This document shows, piece by piece, positions 22,275 to 33,172 of a stretch of 64,000 bases of DNA (position 1 is its first letter; every line of letters starts with the position of its first letter). The translations under genes were made by a program, and so were the position numbers. Under the pieces are notes generated by a model that had not been told where the DNA came from, made no database searches, and worked only from the letters and a program-made list of their open reading frames with translations. This DNA comes from Candidatus Moraniibacteriota bacterium (GTDB lineage Bacteria > Patescibacteriota > Minisyncoccia > Moranbacterales > UBA1568), in NCBI GenBank assembly GCA_963778555.1, contig CAVZUR010000004.1:308151-372150 (forward strand), in the 5' to 3' direction.

Positions 22275-22303
22275 ATTTTAGGCCAAAATTGCTGAAAGAG
22301 CAA
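22275..22303 (-). promoter_or_regulatory. putative sigma70 promoter for secY-adk-map-ruvX
   Basis: TTGCTC-N17-TAAAAT on the minus strand, just after a terminator. Confidence 0.5.
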
Positions 22304-22332
22304 TGCGACAATCAGAGACAGAGTAAGAAAAT

Positions 22333-22359
22333 AAAAAGGGGCTCCTGGGCCCCTTTTCC
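22333..22359 (-). terminator. terminator between rplO and secY
   Basis: Minus strand AAAAGGGGCCC-agg-AGCCCCTTTTTATTTT. Confidence 0.7.
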
Positions 22360-22375
22360 CAGTCAATATCAAGGA

Positions 22376-22812
22376 CTACTCTTCGATGGTCGAGCCGTTC
22401 GCCCGGAGGACTTCGGCGGCGCCCGTCGTCAATTCGATATCTTTACCGATGATAAGTTTCTTGGTCAGTTTCCCGGTATTGACGATTTTCACACCTGCGC
22501 GCCGGACGACTTTGCCGAAGATTTTCTTTTCAACAAAGGCATCGCGTGTAACCTTCTCACCGTCTTGGAAATGCTTCTCAAGACGATCCAGCGTGACGGT
22601 GAAAAGCTTCTGATAAACCGACTTGAACCCGCGGAGTTTTTTCATCCGCTCAACTAAAGAAGAGCGACCGCCCTCAAAGAGTGGGTCTTTTATTCTTTCC
22701 GTGAGCGCCCTGGCCCTTGGTACCACGGCCGGAAGTCGTACCGCGCTTGCCACCACGGCCGATGCGCTGAGTCTTCTTTCGCGGCTGCGAGTTTTAAATC
22801 ATGAATCTGCAT
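22376..22812 (-). CDS. rplO: 50S ribosomal protein L15 (indels)
   Basis: MQIHDLK start, PLFEGG, VKIVNTGKL. Confidence 0.88.
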
Positions 22813-22822
22813 AGGAATATTC

Positions 22823-23395
22823 TTACGCGGTGATTTCCTCTTTGACTTCAGCCTTGGCCTCCGGTGTTCGAGACTTCAGGTCTTCACTTCCTCGGGCCTA
22901 GTCCGGAGCTTCTGCAACGCGAGCACCGTCGCCTGAGCGACATTGAGATTATTCGAAGCTCCCGAGCGATTTCGCGATGATATCTTTCGCGCCCAAAAGG
23001 TCCATCACCGCCCGGACGGCGCCGCCAGCGATGAGTCCGCGGCCTGCAGTGGCCGGCTTCAGCAGCACCTTGGCGCTGCCGTACTTTGCCGTCACATCAT
23101 GGGCGATCGAACTGCCCGTCAACTGGATGGTGACCATGCTCTTTTTCGCCGCCTGGAAGGCTTTCTGTATCGCATCCGAGACATCACTGCCCTTGGCGAC
23201 TCCGACACCGACTTTTCCTTTGCGGTTGCCGATCACCAGAGTCGCGCGGAAACGGAAACGCCGACCACCCTTCACGACGCGCGTGACACGGGCCAGATTG
23301 AGCATTTTCTGATCATACTCCGGCCGCTCGCGCCGCGCGCCGCGCGGGCCGCCGCGCCGGGGTCGTCCGCCTTTCCATTGTTGATTGGTCGCCAT
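22823..23395 (-). CDS. rpsE: 30S ribosomal protein S5 (3' indels)
   Basis: RVTRVVKGGRRFRF, GRGLIAGGAVRAV. Confidence 0.93.
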
Positions 23396-23409
23396 AATCG
23401 ATTACGTAT

Positions 23410-23774
23410 TCAAAAATTGAAATCCCGATACCTGCGCCACGCACGCCTCCGCCAGCGCTTTCACTTTCCCGTGATACGCGTATCCGGACCGATCGAAAAC
23501 CGCCTTCTTCACACCGAGTTTCGACAGACGTTCAGCCAAGTAGCTTTCCCGCTTCACCGCCACCTCGACGGTGTACTTGCCTTTTTCCCGAGTTCGCGGG
23601 TATTCGCCTGCGCCAGAGTCCGGCCAGCCTGGTCGTCAATCGCTTGGACGGAGAGCATTCTGGAGACTGCGGAATACCGTCACGCGCGGACATTCAGCCG
23701 TACCCGCTACCTTGGAGCGGACTCTGGCGTGGCGCCTGGTGCGCTCGCTCAATCTTTCTTGTCATCTTCTTCAT
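23410..23774 (-). CDS. rplR: 50S ribosomal protein L18 (indels)
   Basis: [35 protein letters not shown]; operon position. Confidence 0.85.
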
Positions 23775-23788
23775 AGGGTTCTTCTCAA

Positions 23789-24327
23789 TTAGGCAGCGGC
23801 TTTCTTGCCCTCCTTGCGCCGCACCTGCTCGCCGACATAACGGAAACCTTTTCCCTTATATGGCTCGACCGGCTTCAGTTTCTTCACCACCGCTGCGAAT
23901 TGACCGACTCGCTGCTTGTCGAGTCCGGAAATGGTCAGGATATTATTCTCTACCTTCACTTCGAGCCCGTCCGGCACCTCCATCGCAACCGGATGGGAAA
24001 AACCGAGCGCCATAGTAAGCTTCTTGCCCGCTGCGGCCATGCGGAAACCGACGCCATTGAGCTCAAGCGCGCGGGAAAATCCCACCGTTACTCCCTCGAA
24101 GAGATTGTTCACGAGTTTGGCGACCGTCCCCCACATAGCTAAAGCTCTGGAGCGAACTCCCTTTCTTCTCGACGAGGATCTGACCGTCAGCGATCGTAAT
24201 CGAGACATCGAGGCGTATGGGTCAAATGACAGCGTCCCTTTCGGGCCCTTGACGGTCAACACATTCGCATGGAGTGCGGCTTCGCAATGGCCGGGATCTG
24301 AAATGGTTTCTTTCCGATTCTGCTCAT
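23789..24327 (-). CDS. rplF: 50S ribosomal protein L6 (indels)
   Basis: MSRIGKKP, VKGPKGTL, LGFSHP, EPYKGKG, RRKEGK. Confidence 0.93.
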
Positions 24328-24338
24328 AATCGTAGCGT

Positions 24339-24749
24339 TTACCAGGCTCTGGCAAATATACTCCCCTCCCAAGCGGCGCTTGTGCGCTTCAAGTCCGGTC
24401 ATGAGACCCTGGGAAGTCGAGATGATGGAGATCCCGTAGCCGTTCTTCACCTTGACGACCTCATTCTTTTTCACATAGATGCGGCGACCTTCCTTGCTGA
24501 TGCGCTCGAGCTCCTGAATCGCTGGCTCGCGTCTTGGTGAGCGAGACCTGGCGGTATTTCAAGCCGATCTGAAGGATCCTTCTTGACGCCATCTTCGATC
24601 GATTCGACATCTCCCGACGAATCCCTCTCGTTTAAGGATCTCGGCGATCGCGAGCTTCGTGCGGGCAAGCCTGGAAGACGCACGCTGCCATGGCCGGCGC
24701 GCTGAGCGTTCCTGATTCGAGTGAGCATTTCTGCGATTGGGTCTAACAT
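24339..24749 (-). CDS. rpsH: 30S ribosomal protein S8 (indels)
   Basis: DPIAEMLTRIRNA, GISIISTSQGLMT, LGGE. Confidence 0.92.
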
Positions 24750-24782
24750 ACTCTGGTGATGTTATTGAAGCGATTCTCGGAA

Positions 24783-24969
24783 TTACCAGGAGGCTTTCTT
24801 GACTCCAGGAATCTCACCTTTGTTGGCAAGTTCGCGGAAGCAGATGCGACAGATGTCGTGACTCGCGCAGATACCCGTGTTTCCGACCGCATCTCCAGCA
24901 CCGCCGCACGATCCGGGTCGAAAATTTCGGCGTTTTCAGCGAACGGGCGTAGGTCGATGTCTTGGCCAT
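24783..24969 (-). CDS. rpsN: 30S ribosomal protein S14, short Zn-binding type (indels)
   Basis: MAKTS start, [21 protein letters not shown] end. Confidence 0.85.
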
Positions 24970-25001
24970 ATGGTTTTCGAAGTTTAGTTTTCATTCTATT
25001 T

Positions 25002-25559
25002 TCATGCCGCTTGATCTGCAGCGGGAGACCGAGTGGCACGGAACAGGCTTCGCCCTCCGCCTTGTTTTTCGCCGTCGTGACGATGTTCACCTGGAAACTG
25101 AACATGTGCTGCACTTTTTCCGGGACAATTTCCGGAAACACCATATGCTCCTTGATGCCGATGATTGCAGTTGCCTCCCTGATCGACTGATCGCTGCTCG
25201 GTAATCCCCTGAAAATCCCGTACACGCGGCAACGCCACATGGAGCAGCCGATCCAGAAAATCCCACATCCGCTTGCCATGCAGCGTCACGCGCATCCCGA
25301 CTTCCAGCTCCTTCGCGGGTCTTGAATCCGGCGATGGCCTTGCGAGCCTTGGTCGGAGCACTTTCTGTCCGGTAATCGTCTCCGAGCGCCGATCGGATCT
25401 CTTCCACTCGTTTCGTCTCCTTCAGAACCTTGCCGATGCCGACATTCACGACGATCGTTCCGATACTGCGGCACAGCCATCGGATTCTTGATACCAGAAG
25501 TTCTTCTAGAGGGCGGGAACGGCTTTTTCGATAGTTTTTCTTGGTGAGCGGATGTTCAT
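25002..25559 (-). CDS. rplE: 50S ribosomal protein L5 (indels)
   Basis: [36 protein letters not shown]. Confidence 0.9.
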
Positions 25560-25571
25560 AGGAGATCTTCT

Positions 25572-25878
25572 CTAGTTAGGTCTTTGCCCGGATTTCTTAC
25601 TGACACGGATTTTCTCGGTACCCTCGATCGATATCCGATCCGGATCGGCTTGCCGGTATGCGGATCAACGAGCATCACATTCGAGACATGGATCGGCCTC
25701 CTATCTCGATCCGCTCGGCCTTTCTCGCCAGCCGTCTGGAACGCGACGTGACGCTTCCCCATATTCGCACCTTCACCGCAACCTTGTCGAGTTCGGAAAA
25801 ACATGAAGCACCTCTCCCCGTTTTCCGCGGTCCTTGCCGGCGATCGATTTGTACCTGGTCGCCTTTCTTGATCTTCAT
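25572..25878 (-). CDS. rplX: 50S ribosomal protein L24 (indels)
   Basis: MKIKKGDQV, IHVSNVMLVDP. Confidence 0.88.
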
Positions 25879-25885
25879 AGCGTCT

Positions 25886-26260
25886 TTACAGGACTTCCGG
25901 AGCGAGCGAAACAATCTTGGCGAATCCCTTTTCCCGCAGTTCCCGCGCTACCGGGCCGAAAATACGCGAGCCCTTCGGATCCTGCGTTGGCATCGAGGAT
26001 GACCGCGGCGTTCTCATCGAAACGGATATAGGAGTTGTCTTTGCGGCGATGCGCCTTGACTCTGACGGACGATGACGGCCTTCACTTTGTCGCCTTTCTT
26101 AACGAGACCGCGCGGCTCCGCTGACTTCACCGAAGCCACGACGATATCGCCCAGACTCGGCATAGCGGCGGCGTGTCCCGCCGAGCACCTTGAAGCACTC
26201 GATGACTCTTCGCACCGCTAGTTGTCAGCGACTATCAGATCTGGATTCTGCTTGGATCAT
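25886..26260 (-). CDS. rplN: 50S ribosomal protein L14 (indels)
   Basis: [39 protein letters not shown]. Confidence 0.9.
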
Positions 26261-26281
26261 ATGTCTTGTCTGGTCGGACAT

Positions 26282-26544
26282 TTATTCAACGACGACGATG
26301 TGGTGTTTCTCATTGCTCAACGGGCCGGCATTCCGGAAAGTGACGGTCTCACCAAGTGCGTATTCCTTGCCGTTCGTTTCTACTTTATACCGTTTCGTCG
26401 CCTGGTACTGTTTTTTGTATTTCGGGTGCGTCTTAAGGTTTCGACAGCGACGACGATCGTATTTTTCATCCGGTTCGCACACCACGACACCCTTCCGGGT
26501 CGGAGCGCTCGATGTTTCGTTCGCTGTTGTCGGTGCTCTGTCAT
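26282..26544 (-). CDS. rpsQ: 30S ribosomal protein S17 (indels)
   Basis: MKNTIVVAVE, HPKYKK, PLS. Confidence 0.88.
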
Positions 26545-26571
26545 AACTTCTTGGATTACATTCATCGGTGC

Positions 26572-26767
26572 TTAACTCACTCGATCCCTGCTTCGCGCTT
26601 GAGCGTCATGAGCCGGGCGATGTCCGCCTTGTCTTCCGATACTCGCTATGCTGCTTCGAATCGCGGGTCGCGAGATCGAAACGGAGCGTTCGAATCTGGT
26701 CACGGAGCTCGACGAGAGTCTTCTCTCGCTCACCGACTGATTTTTCCCGCCATTCTTTCGCTTTCAT
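26572..26767 (-). CDS. rpmC: 50S ribosomal protein L29 (indels)
   Basis: [10 protein letters not shown] start, DIAR; lies between rplP and rpsQ. Confidence 0.75.
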
Positions 26768-26773
26768 ACTGAC

Positions 26774-27194
26774 TTATTCTTTGACGACAAACTCGACTCT
26801 TCACGGACAACTTGTGCGCGGCCAGCCGCATCGCTTCCGCCGCGGTCGCTTTCGGAACACCATCGAGCTCGAACAGCATGCGCCCCGCTGAAACTTTGGC
26901 AGCGAAGTGATCGGGCGTGCCCTTGCCTTTGCCCATCGGGGTCTGCTCCCCCTTCTTGGTCATCGGGGTATCGGGAAAAATGCGGATCCAAACCTTGCCG
27001 CCACGCAGCAATGAACCGGGTCATGGCCCGCCGGGCGGCCTCGATCTGTCGCGCTGAGATGATTCCACCCTCAGTTGCCTTCAGGCCAAAGGCGCCAAAG
27101 CTAATTTTATCGCCGCGCGACGCCGGACTGTCCCGACGGGATTGTATCCCCGTTGGACTTTGCGATGCTTGACTTTTCTTGGCATGAGGTTCAT
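26774..27194 (-). CDS. rplP: 50S ribosomal protein L16 (indels)
   Basis: [35 protein letters not shown]. Confidence 0.92.
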
Positions 27195-27204
27195 AGCAAT
27201 CTCT

Positions 27205-27866
27205 TTATTCGGCTTCGGTTTTTCTTCAAATTTCTCGCCTTTGTAAATCCAAACTTTCACACCGATGACGCCATAGGTCGTCTTCGCTTCATAGCGGGCG
27301 AAATCGACATCGGACCGCAGCGTATGGAGCGGGATTTTTCCGCGCGACAGCCATTCGCGACGGGACATCTCGGCGCCACCCAAGCGACCAGCAATCTCGA
27401 TTTTCACGCCAAGGATAGACTTGTTTGCTTCTACCTGGTCAAGCGTACCTTTCAGCACGCGACGGAACGGAGTGCGCTTCTCAAGCTGTTCGGCGACTTG
27501 CTGGGCGACCAGCATCGCACTCTCTTCCAGATGCTTCACCTCTTGGACTTCAACCTTGAGATCGACTTTCTTTCCGGCGAAAAAACGCTTCTTCAACGCG
27601 CGGGTCAGATCCTCGATACCGGTCCCACCCCGGCCGATGAGAACCCCAGGGCGCGAAGTCCGAATGATAAGCCGCATCATGCCCGTCGAACGCTCAATCT
27701 CGACATTAGCGATGGCTGCACTCTTCCACTGACTCTGGATGAATGTGCGCATTTCAACGTCTTTGCGAAGATTGCTGCGCAATGTCTTCCCCACAGCGAA
27801 CCAGCGCGACTGCCAGTCAGCCGTGATCCCGAGTCGGATTCCTACTGGATGAGTCTTATTTCCCAT
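27205..27866 (-). CDS. rpsC: 30S ribosomal protein S3
   Basis: MGNKTHPVGIRLG, RPGVLIGRGG, GRLGGAEM, PLHTLR, YGVIGVKVWI. Confidence 0.95.
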
Positions 27867-27867
27867 A

Positions 27868-28305
27868 CTATTTTTTGAGTTCGTGTAATTCAGGCTTTTT
27901 ATCAGCTGATTTTGTCATTTCCGACTGCGGTGTAATGCTCTTTTTTTCACTGGTCTTCGCTGTCGATCTCACTGCCCGTTCATCGAGAACAATCTGCACC
28001 TGCGATGTGCGACGCAAGAGCGGCGTTGCCTGGCCAAAAGCTTTCGGGGTGAAGCGTTTGAGCCGGACGCCATCGAGTACCCGCACCTCTTTAACGAACA
28101 GTGTCTCCTCAGCAAGTTTGAAGTTGTTCTTCGCATTCGCAATCGCGCTCTTCAAAAGGACAGTAATCGGGGACGAGCTGCGTTTCACCTGACGACGCAG
28201 CTGCACCAGCGCAGCCGCCACACCCAGGCCCACGATACTGTGGGTCACCAATCGCACCTTGCGGGGAGCGATGCGCAGATTTTTCAGGGTCGCTTCAACG
28301 CGCAT
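27868..28305 (-). CDS. rplV: 50S ribosomal protein L22
   Basis: RIAPRKVRLV, LLKSAIANA. Confidence 0.93.
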   Translation of the reverse strand: MRVEATLKNLRIAPRKVRLVTHSIVGLGVAAALVQLRRQVKRSSSPITVLLKSAIANAKNNFKLAEETLFVKEVRVLDGVRLKRFTPKAFGQATPLLRRTSQVQIVLDERAVRSTAKTSEKKSITPQSEMTKSADKKPELHELKK

Positions 28306-28316
28306 ACGAGAGTTAG

Positions 28317-28652
28317 TTATTTGCTATCGGGAGACTTGGCGGCTTTCGCGGCATCGAGTTCGCGCTGCTTCGTTGCGAGCTCGATTTCCTTCTGCATTTT
28401 TCCGCCATGACGGGTGAATTTCCGCGTCAGCGAAAACTCGCCCAACCGATGGCCAACCATTTCCTCGGTCGCGAGCACCGAGACGAAATCCTTGCCGTTG
28501 TGCACGCCAAAGGTGAACCCTACCATCTCGGGCGCGATGACGCAAGCGCGCGACCAGGTCTTGATGACCGTTCGATCGCCGTGCTTCCGGCCCTCGAGCT
28601 TCTTCAGTACTCGTGGGTCGACGTATGGTCCTTTTTTGAGACTGCGTGACAT
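28317..28652 (-). CDS. rpsS: 30S ribosomal protein S19
   Basis: [30 protein letters not shown]. Confidence 0.96.
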   Translation of the reverse strand: MSRSLKKGPYVDPRVLKKLEGRKHGDRTVIKTWSRACVIAPEMVGFTFGVHNGKDFVSVLATEEMVGHRLGEFSLTRKFTRHGGKMQKEIELATKQRELDAAKAAKSPDSK

Positions 28653-28658
28653 AGGATT

Positions 28659-29486
28659 TTACTTCTTATTGCGGCGGCGGATGATGTATTGATTGGTGCG
28701 GTGCTTCCGTTTACGGGTCTTTTTGCCGAGCGCGGCCTTGCCCCATGGTGTTTTCGGATGCATCCCGAGCGGCTGCCGACCCTCACCGCCACCATGCGGA
28801 TGGTCGACTGGGTTCATAGCGGTACCTCGGACCGTTGGCCGACGATTCATATGGCGTGCCCGTCCCGCTTTGCCGATACGCTCCGCGCTGTGTTCGAAAT
28901 TAGAAACCTGGCCAATCGTGGCGTAGCAGTCCTTTGGGACAAGACGGACCTCGCTCGAAGAGAGTTTCACCTGCGCCATCGGTCCGTCAAGCGCCATCAG
29001 GGTCGCTTGGGAACCGGCGCTGCGAACAATTTGGCCGCCTTTGCCGCGTTGCATCTCGATATTGCAGATTGTCGTACCCGCCGGAATATTGGAAAGCAGG
29101 AGACGGTTTCCCGAAGCGACCGGTGCTTCCGGTCCAGACAGAACCGTTTGCCCGGCACGCATTTCATGCGTCGCGAGGATATAGCGTTTCTCGCCGTCGC
29201 GATAAATGAGAAGGGCAATCAAAGCAGAGCGGTTCGGATCCTTCTCAATCGAAGCGATCTTGGCAGGAATGCCATGCTTGTCTTGCTTAAAATCGACCAG
29301 ACGATAGCGGCGCTTGGCCCCGCCACCCTGATGCCGGACGGAAATCTTTCCGAGTGAGCGGCCAGCCTTCTTCGGCAACGGAGCTAGCAGTGCTTTCTCC
29401 GGCTTCTTGTCGGTTAGAGCGTCCGGCTTCACGACTGACATGAAGCGGCGACCGGCGTTATTCTTTTTGTAGATCTTGATGGCCAT
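28659..29486 (-). CDS. rplB: 50S ribosomal protein L2
   Basis: DPNRSA.IAL, RPTVRG.AMNPVDHPHGGGEG. Confidence 0.96.
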   Translation of the reverse strand: MAIKIYKKNNAGRRFMSVVKPDALTDKKPEKALLAPLPKKAGRSLGKISVRHQGGGAKRRYRLVDFKQDKHGIPAKIASIEKDPNRSALIALLIYRDGEKRYILATHEMRAGQTVLSGPEAPVASGNRLLLSNIPAGTTICNIEMQRGKGGQIVRSAGSQATLMALDGPMAQVKLSSSEVRLVPKDCYATIGQVSNFEHSAERIGKAGRARHMNRRPTVRGTAMNPVDHPHGGGEGRQPLGMHPKTPWGKAALGKKTRKRKHRTNQYIIRRRNKK

Positions 29487-29490
29487 AGTC

Positions 29491-29832
29491 TTAGATACCG
29501 GCTTGGAATAACTGGAGTGTTTCACCCTTCTTGATACGAACCAGCGCTTTCTTCACGACGCTTCGCTGTCCCGAGGTCCGGCCGTAATTCTTCTTTTTCC
29601 CCGGCAGCCGCACCATGTTCACAGCAACAACCGTGACGCCGTAAGCCTCCTCGACCGCACGTTTCACTTCAGTCTTGGTCGCCGTCAGAGTGACCTGGAA
29701 CACATACTGGTCAAGCGCGTTCACAGCATACGCTTTCTCGGTGATACGTGGACGAATGAGAACGCGTGAAGCCAGCGGAGAGAGTTGCTTCTCCGTCTTT
29801 GCAGCTTTGGATTCGGATTTGAGGAGGGCCAT
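29491..29832 (-). CDS. rplW: 50S ribosomal protein L23
   Basis: RPRITEKA, ATKTEVKRAVE, KKALV. Confidence 0.93.
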   Translation of the reverse strand: MALLKSESKAAKTEKQLSPLASRVLIRPRITEKAYAVNALDQYVFQVTLTATKTEVKRAVEEAYGVTVVAVNMVRLPGKKKNYGRTSGQRSVVKKALVRIKKGETLQLFQAGI

Positions 29833-29840
29833 AGAGGTAC

Positions 29841-30482
29841 TTATTTCTTCCAGCTCTTGAACCGGACATCGATCTCCATAAGCGCTCCTTTGCTCATGAG
29901 TACGTATTCCGACTTCAGGAGATGCACGACATTCAGATCCGGGTTATGAACGACCGTTACAATCGGGACATTGCGCATCGCTCGACCCTCGGTTTGTTCA
30001 GCCGTCATGAGGCTCACCACGACTTTTCGTGGGCTGATGGCAAGCGCTTCCAACGCGCTACTGAAAGATTTTGTCTTTTGCCCGACGACCATCAATGTAT
30101 CTGTGACGATAAGCTTACCCGTCCGAAGCTTCTCAGACAGAGCGATGAGGACAGCTTTCTGGCGCATCTTCTGGCTCACCTCACGGTAAAAATTCCGATT
30201 CTTGGTCGGACCATGAGTCACTCCACCCTTGCGCCACAGCGGGCTCCGGACAGAACCAGCGCGAGCGCGACCCGTTCCTTTCTGCTGCCATGGCTTCTTT
30301 CCCGTACCGGCACGCTCGCTCCGATCTTTGGTATGCGCGATCGGCGCACGAAGATTGCCCATGAGCACCGTAAAAACTTGGTGGACCAGTGCATCATTGC
30401 GTTCCACATTGAAAATCCGATCGTCGAGCTCAATCGTTTCGACATCCTGTCCGGCCAAATTTTTTATGATGATTTGGGACAT
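29841..30482 (-). CDS. rplD: 50S ribosomal protein L4
   Basis: TKDRSE, KPWQQKGTGRARAGS.RSPLWRKGG. Confidence 0.95.
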   Translation of the reverse strand: MSQIIIKNLAGQDVETIELDDRIFNVERNDALVHQVFTVLMGNLRAPIAHTKDRSERAGTGKKPWQQKGTGRARAGSVRSPLWRKGGVTHGPTKNRNFYREVSQKMRQKAVLIALSEKLRTGKLIVTDTLMVVGQKTKSFSSALEALAISPRKVVVSLMTAEQTEGRAMRNVPIVTVVHNPDLNVVHLLKSEYVLMSKGALMEIDVRFKSWKK

Positions 30483-30489
30483 AGCAGTC

Positions 30490-31083
30490 TTATTTGGCGC
30501 TTCGGATTTCAACGATGCGACCAGTCACTCCTGGAACGGCACCGCGTACGCCAAGAATCCCTTTCTCCACATCGACGAATTCAACGACCAGATTCCTCAC
30601 TGTAAAACGATCCGCACCCATACGGCCGGCCATGCGACGGCCTTTGATGACATGCTCCGGGAAGGTCGCGCCGATCGAACCCGGCTTGCGCAAGTCGTGC
30701 TTACCGCCATGACTGGCACGACCGCCGGCGAATCCGTACCGCTTCACCACACCCTGAAAACCCTTCGCTTTCGTGATCCCAGACACGTGCACCTTCTCAC
30801 CGATGACGAACTGCGCAACCGTAATGGTTGTCTGCGGTACGAGCGTTGCCAGTGTCTTAGTGCTCTCTTCAGCGCTCTCGGTCTTCAAGCGGAACTCGCG
30901 CGCCGCGACTTTCTTTTTCGTTTTCGCGTGCGAGAGTTGGACCGCGATATAGCCGTCTTTCTCGATAGTCCGATGCAGATTCACAGTGTTTGGCTCGCAC
31001 TCGATTAAAGTCACGTTCAACGCTCCCTTCATATCATCGAAGAGCGTTGTCATTCCGAGCTTTTTCCCCAAAAGGCACTTCAT
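30490..31083 (-). CDS. rplC: 50S ribosomal protein L3
   Basis: LGKKLGMT, KGFQGVVKR, RKPGSIG, GRMG, GAVPG. Confidence 0.95.
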   Translation of the reverse strand: MKCLLGKKLGMTTLFDDMKGALNVTLIECEPNTVNLHRTIEKDGYIAVQLSHAKTKKKVAAREFRLKTESAEESTKTLATLVPQTTITVAQFVIGEKVHVSGITKAKGFQGVVKRYGFAGGRASHGGKHDLRKPGSIGATFPEHVIKGRRMAGRMGADRFTVRNLVVEFVDVEKGILGVRGAVPGVTGRIVEIRSAK

Positions 31084-31115
31084 AGATTTTCGTGACGCGT
31101 GTAACTTTGGTACCA

Positions 31116-31151
31116 ACAAAAAAAACTGGACGTCGTCCGCGTGCCAGTTTC
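31116..31151 (-). terminator. terminator/attenuator hairpin between rpsJ and rplC
   Basis: Minus strand GAAACTGGCACG-cggacga-CGTCCAGTTTTTTTTTG. Confidence 0.65.
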
Positions 31152-31236
31152 TAAAGTCTGGCTCGCTTAGTATCCCCTTCTATCTGACGTTTCCGGAAAG
31201 AAGTAAGGACTTGAACGAGTGGCATGAAGCCGCTAT

Positions 31237-31566
31237 CTACATTTTGATCTCGATATCCACACCGGCCGGCAAATCGAGGTTCGTGAGATTATCGATCGTC
31301 TTCGCGTTGGGATTCAGGATGTCGATGAGCCGCTTGTGCACCCGCATCTCATACTGATCGCGTGAATTCTTGTGCACAAATGTCGAACGATTGACCGTCA
31401 CCCGGTGAATCTCGGTCGGAAGCGGCACTGGTCCGGTGATCTCAGCTCCAGTTCGCTCCGCAGTCTCGACGATCTTCCGGGCCGACTGATCGATGACCTT
31501 GTGGTCGTACGCCTTGATCTTGATACGGACGCGCGTCGTCACTTCCTCTTTTTTCTTGATGGCCAT
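31237..31566 (-). CDS. rpsJ: 30S ribosomal protein S10
   Basis: [41 protein letters not shown]. Confidence 0.96.
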   Translation of the reverse strand: MAIKKKEEVTTRVRIKIKAYDHKVIDQSARKIVETAERTGAEITGPVPLPTEIHRVTVNRSTFVHKNSRDQYEMRVHKRLIDILNPNAKTIDNLTNLDLPAGVDIEIKM

Positions 31567-31637
31567 GATTGTGAATGAGTTCTTTTGAGAGAACAGTCAC
31601 ACGGAGGAACACTCCCCCATGCTCAGTTCCATCAAAG

Positions 31638-32828
31638 TTACTTGATGATCTTGGTAGCGACTCCGGCACCGACGGTGCGGCCGCCTTCACGAATAGCGAA
31701 ACGCATGCCCTCTTCCATCGCCACCGGGGCGATGAGGACAATCTTGAGTTTGATGGTATCACCAGGCATAACCATTTCCGTTCCTTCTGGCAAAATCACT
31801 TCACCGGTCACATCCGTGGTCCGGATATAGAACTGCGGCTTGTACCCTTTGAAAAATGGGGTGTGTCGCCCGCCTTCCTCTTTAGTCAGGATATAGACTT
31901 CGCCTTCAAATTCGGTGTGCGGAGTGATGGAGCCCGGCTTGGCCAGCACCTGGCCGCGCTCAACATCTTCTTTCTTGATGCCGCGAATAAGGAGACCGGC
32001 ATTGTCACCAGCTTGACCGCGATCGAGCTGCTTGTTGAACATTTCGATACCGGTCACGACCGTTTTGGCCAACTCGCGGAGACCGACGATCTCGACTTCT
32101 TCGTTGATATTGACGATACCGCGCTCGATACGGCCCGTGACGACCGTCCCGCGGCCTTCGATGGAGAAAATGTCTTCAATCGGCATGAGGAACGGCTTGT
32201 CGGTGTCGCGCACCGGCTCCGGGATACGCTCATCGAGCGCTGCAATCAGGTCGAGAATCGGCTTGGCGTCAGCATCCTCGAGCGACTTCGACTCGAGCGC
32301 CTTGAGGGCGCTTCCGCGGATCACAGCGGCGTTTTCGCCGTCGAATTCATATTTGGAGAGAAGTTCGCGAACTTCGGCCTCAACGAGGTCGATGAGTTCG
32401 GCGTCATCCACCATATCGACTTTATTGAGGAAAACGACAATCGCCGGCACACCAACCTGCTTGGCGAGAAGGATGTGCTCACGGGTCTGCGGCATCGGAC
32501 CATCGGTCGCGGACACCACGAGAATCGCACCGTCCATCTGGGCGGCACCCGTGATCATGTTCTTGATATAGTCGGCATGGCCGGGGCAGTCGACATGCGC
32601 GTAGTGGCGCTTATCGGACTCATATTCACAGTGCGAGGTCGAGATGGTGATACCGCGCTCCTTTTCCTCGGGCGCCTTGTCGATCTCATCGACGCCCTTT
32701 TCCTTGGCGAAACCCTTCATGGCGAGCACATGGAGGAGGGCGGCCGTGGTGGTCGTCTTGCCGTGATCGACGTGGCCGATAGTACCGACGTTGACGTGTG
32801 GTTTAGTGCGATTGAATTGCTCGGCCAT
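31638..32828 (-). CDS. tuf: elongation factor Tu
   Basis: [35 protein letters not shown]. Confidence 0.98.
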   Translation of the reverse strand: MAEQFNRTKPHVNVGTIGHVDHGKTTTTAALLHVLAMKGFAKEKGVDEIDKAPEEKERGITISTSHCEYESDKRHYAHVDCPGHADYIKNMITGAAQMDGAILVVSATDGPMPQTREHILLAKQVGVPAIVVFLNKVDMVDDAELIDLVEAEVRELLSKYEFDGENAAVIRGSALKALESKSLEDADAKPILDLIAALDERIPEPVRDTDKPFLMPIEDIFSIEGRGTVVTGRIERGIVNINEEVEIVGLRELAKTVVTGIEMFNKQLDRGQAGDNAGLLIRGIKKEDVERGQVLAKPGSITPHTEFEGEVYILTKEEGGRHTPFFKGYKPQFYIRTTDVTGEVILPEGTEMVMPGDTIKLKIVLIAPVAMEEGMRFAIREGGRTVGAGVATKIIK

Positions 32829-32978
32829 AATGTTGTCTGCGCCCTGCCTGCCCTTTGACGGACCCGAGGCCGCTTCCCATTAAGTGGATAATTGATTACG
32901 AAAAATTTTCGACTTTCTTGTGCATACTCGCATTGTCCTAAAAACAGACAAAAACGGCTCAAGAAAGCGTCAATCAGG

Positions 32979-33007
32979 ATGATAGCAACTGGAGAATATC
33001 CTGTCAA
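32979..33007 (-). promoter_or_regulatory. sigma70 promoter for tuf
   Basis: TTGACA-N17-TATCAT with a TGn extension. Confidence 0.7.
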
Positions 33008-33100
33008 CCCCATTAGCATTTATCGCTCCAACTCACTCGGCATCCTGCGCTCTCGACCCCTTTGTTGCCTCTCTCTTATCCGCCACCACCGAGGATTTCT

Positions 33101-33130
33101 TTGACAGATACTCCTCTCCTTTGCTAAATT
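33101..33130 (+). promoter_or_regulatory. sigma70 promoter for the inserted orphan gene
   Basis: TTGACA-N18-TAAATT (TGn), then AAAGGAG RBS at 33161. Confidence 0.6.
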
Positions 33131-33172
33131 GCGCCCGTATCAAACCGTCCCTTACCACCGAAAGGAGCCACC

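Noticed and set aside
21600-27210. Dense frameshifts in secY and spc/S10 ribosomal genes (pseudogenisation, programmed frameshifting or editing?)
   Set aside because: These are essential genes, the indels are scattered without consistent slippery sites, and neighbouring genes at 27.9-32.8 kb are clean. Local sequencing or consensus error explains this best; read pileups would confirm.
27081-27866. Apparent rpsC-rplP fusion
   Set aside because: A single indel near 27220 bypasses the TAA at 27205; rplP has its own ATG at 27194.
31575-32858. Long antisense ORFs over tuf, rpsL/rpsG (35926..36939), the polymerase (50425..51519) and desA (1942..2805)
   Set aside because: These are shadow ORFs expected from GC-rich codon bias on the opposite strand of conserved genes.
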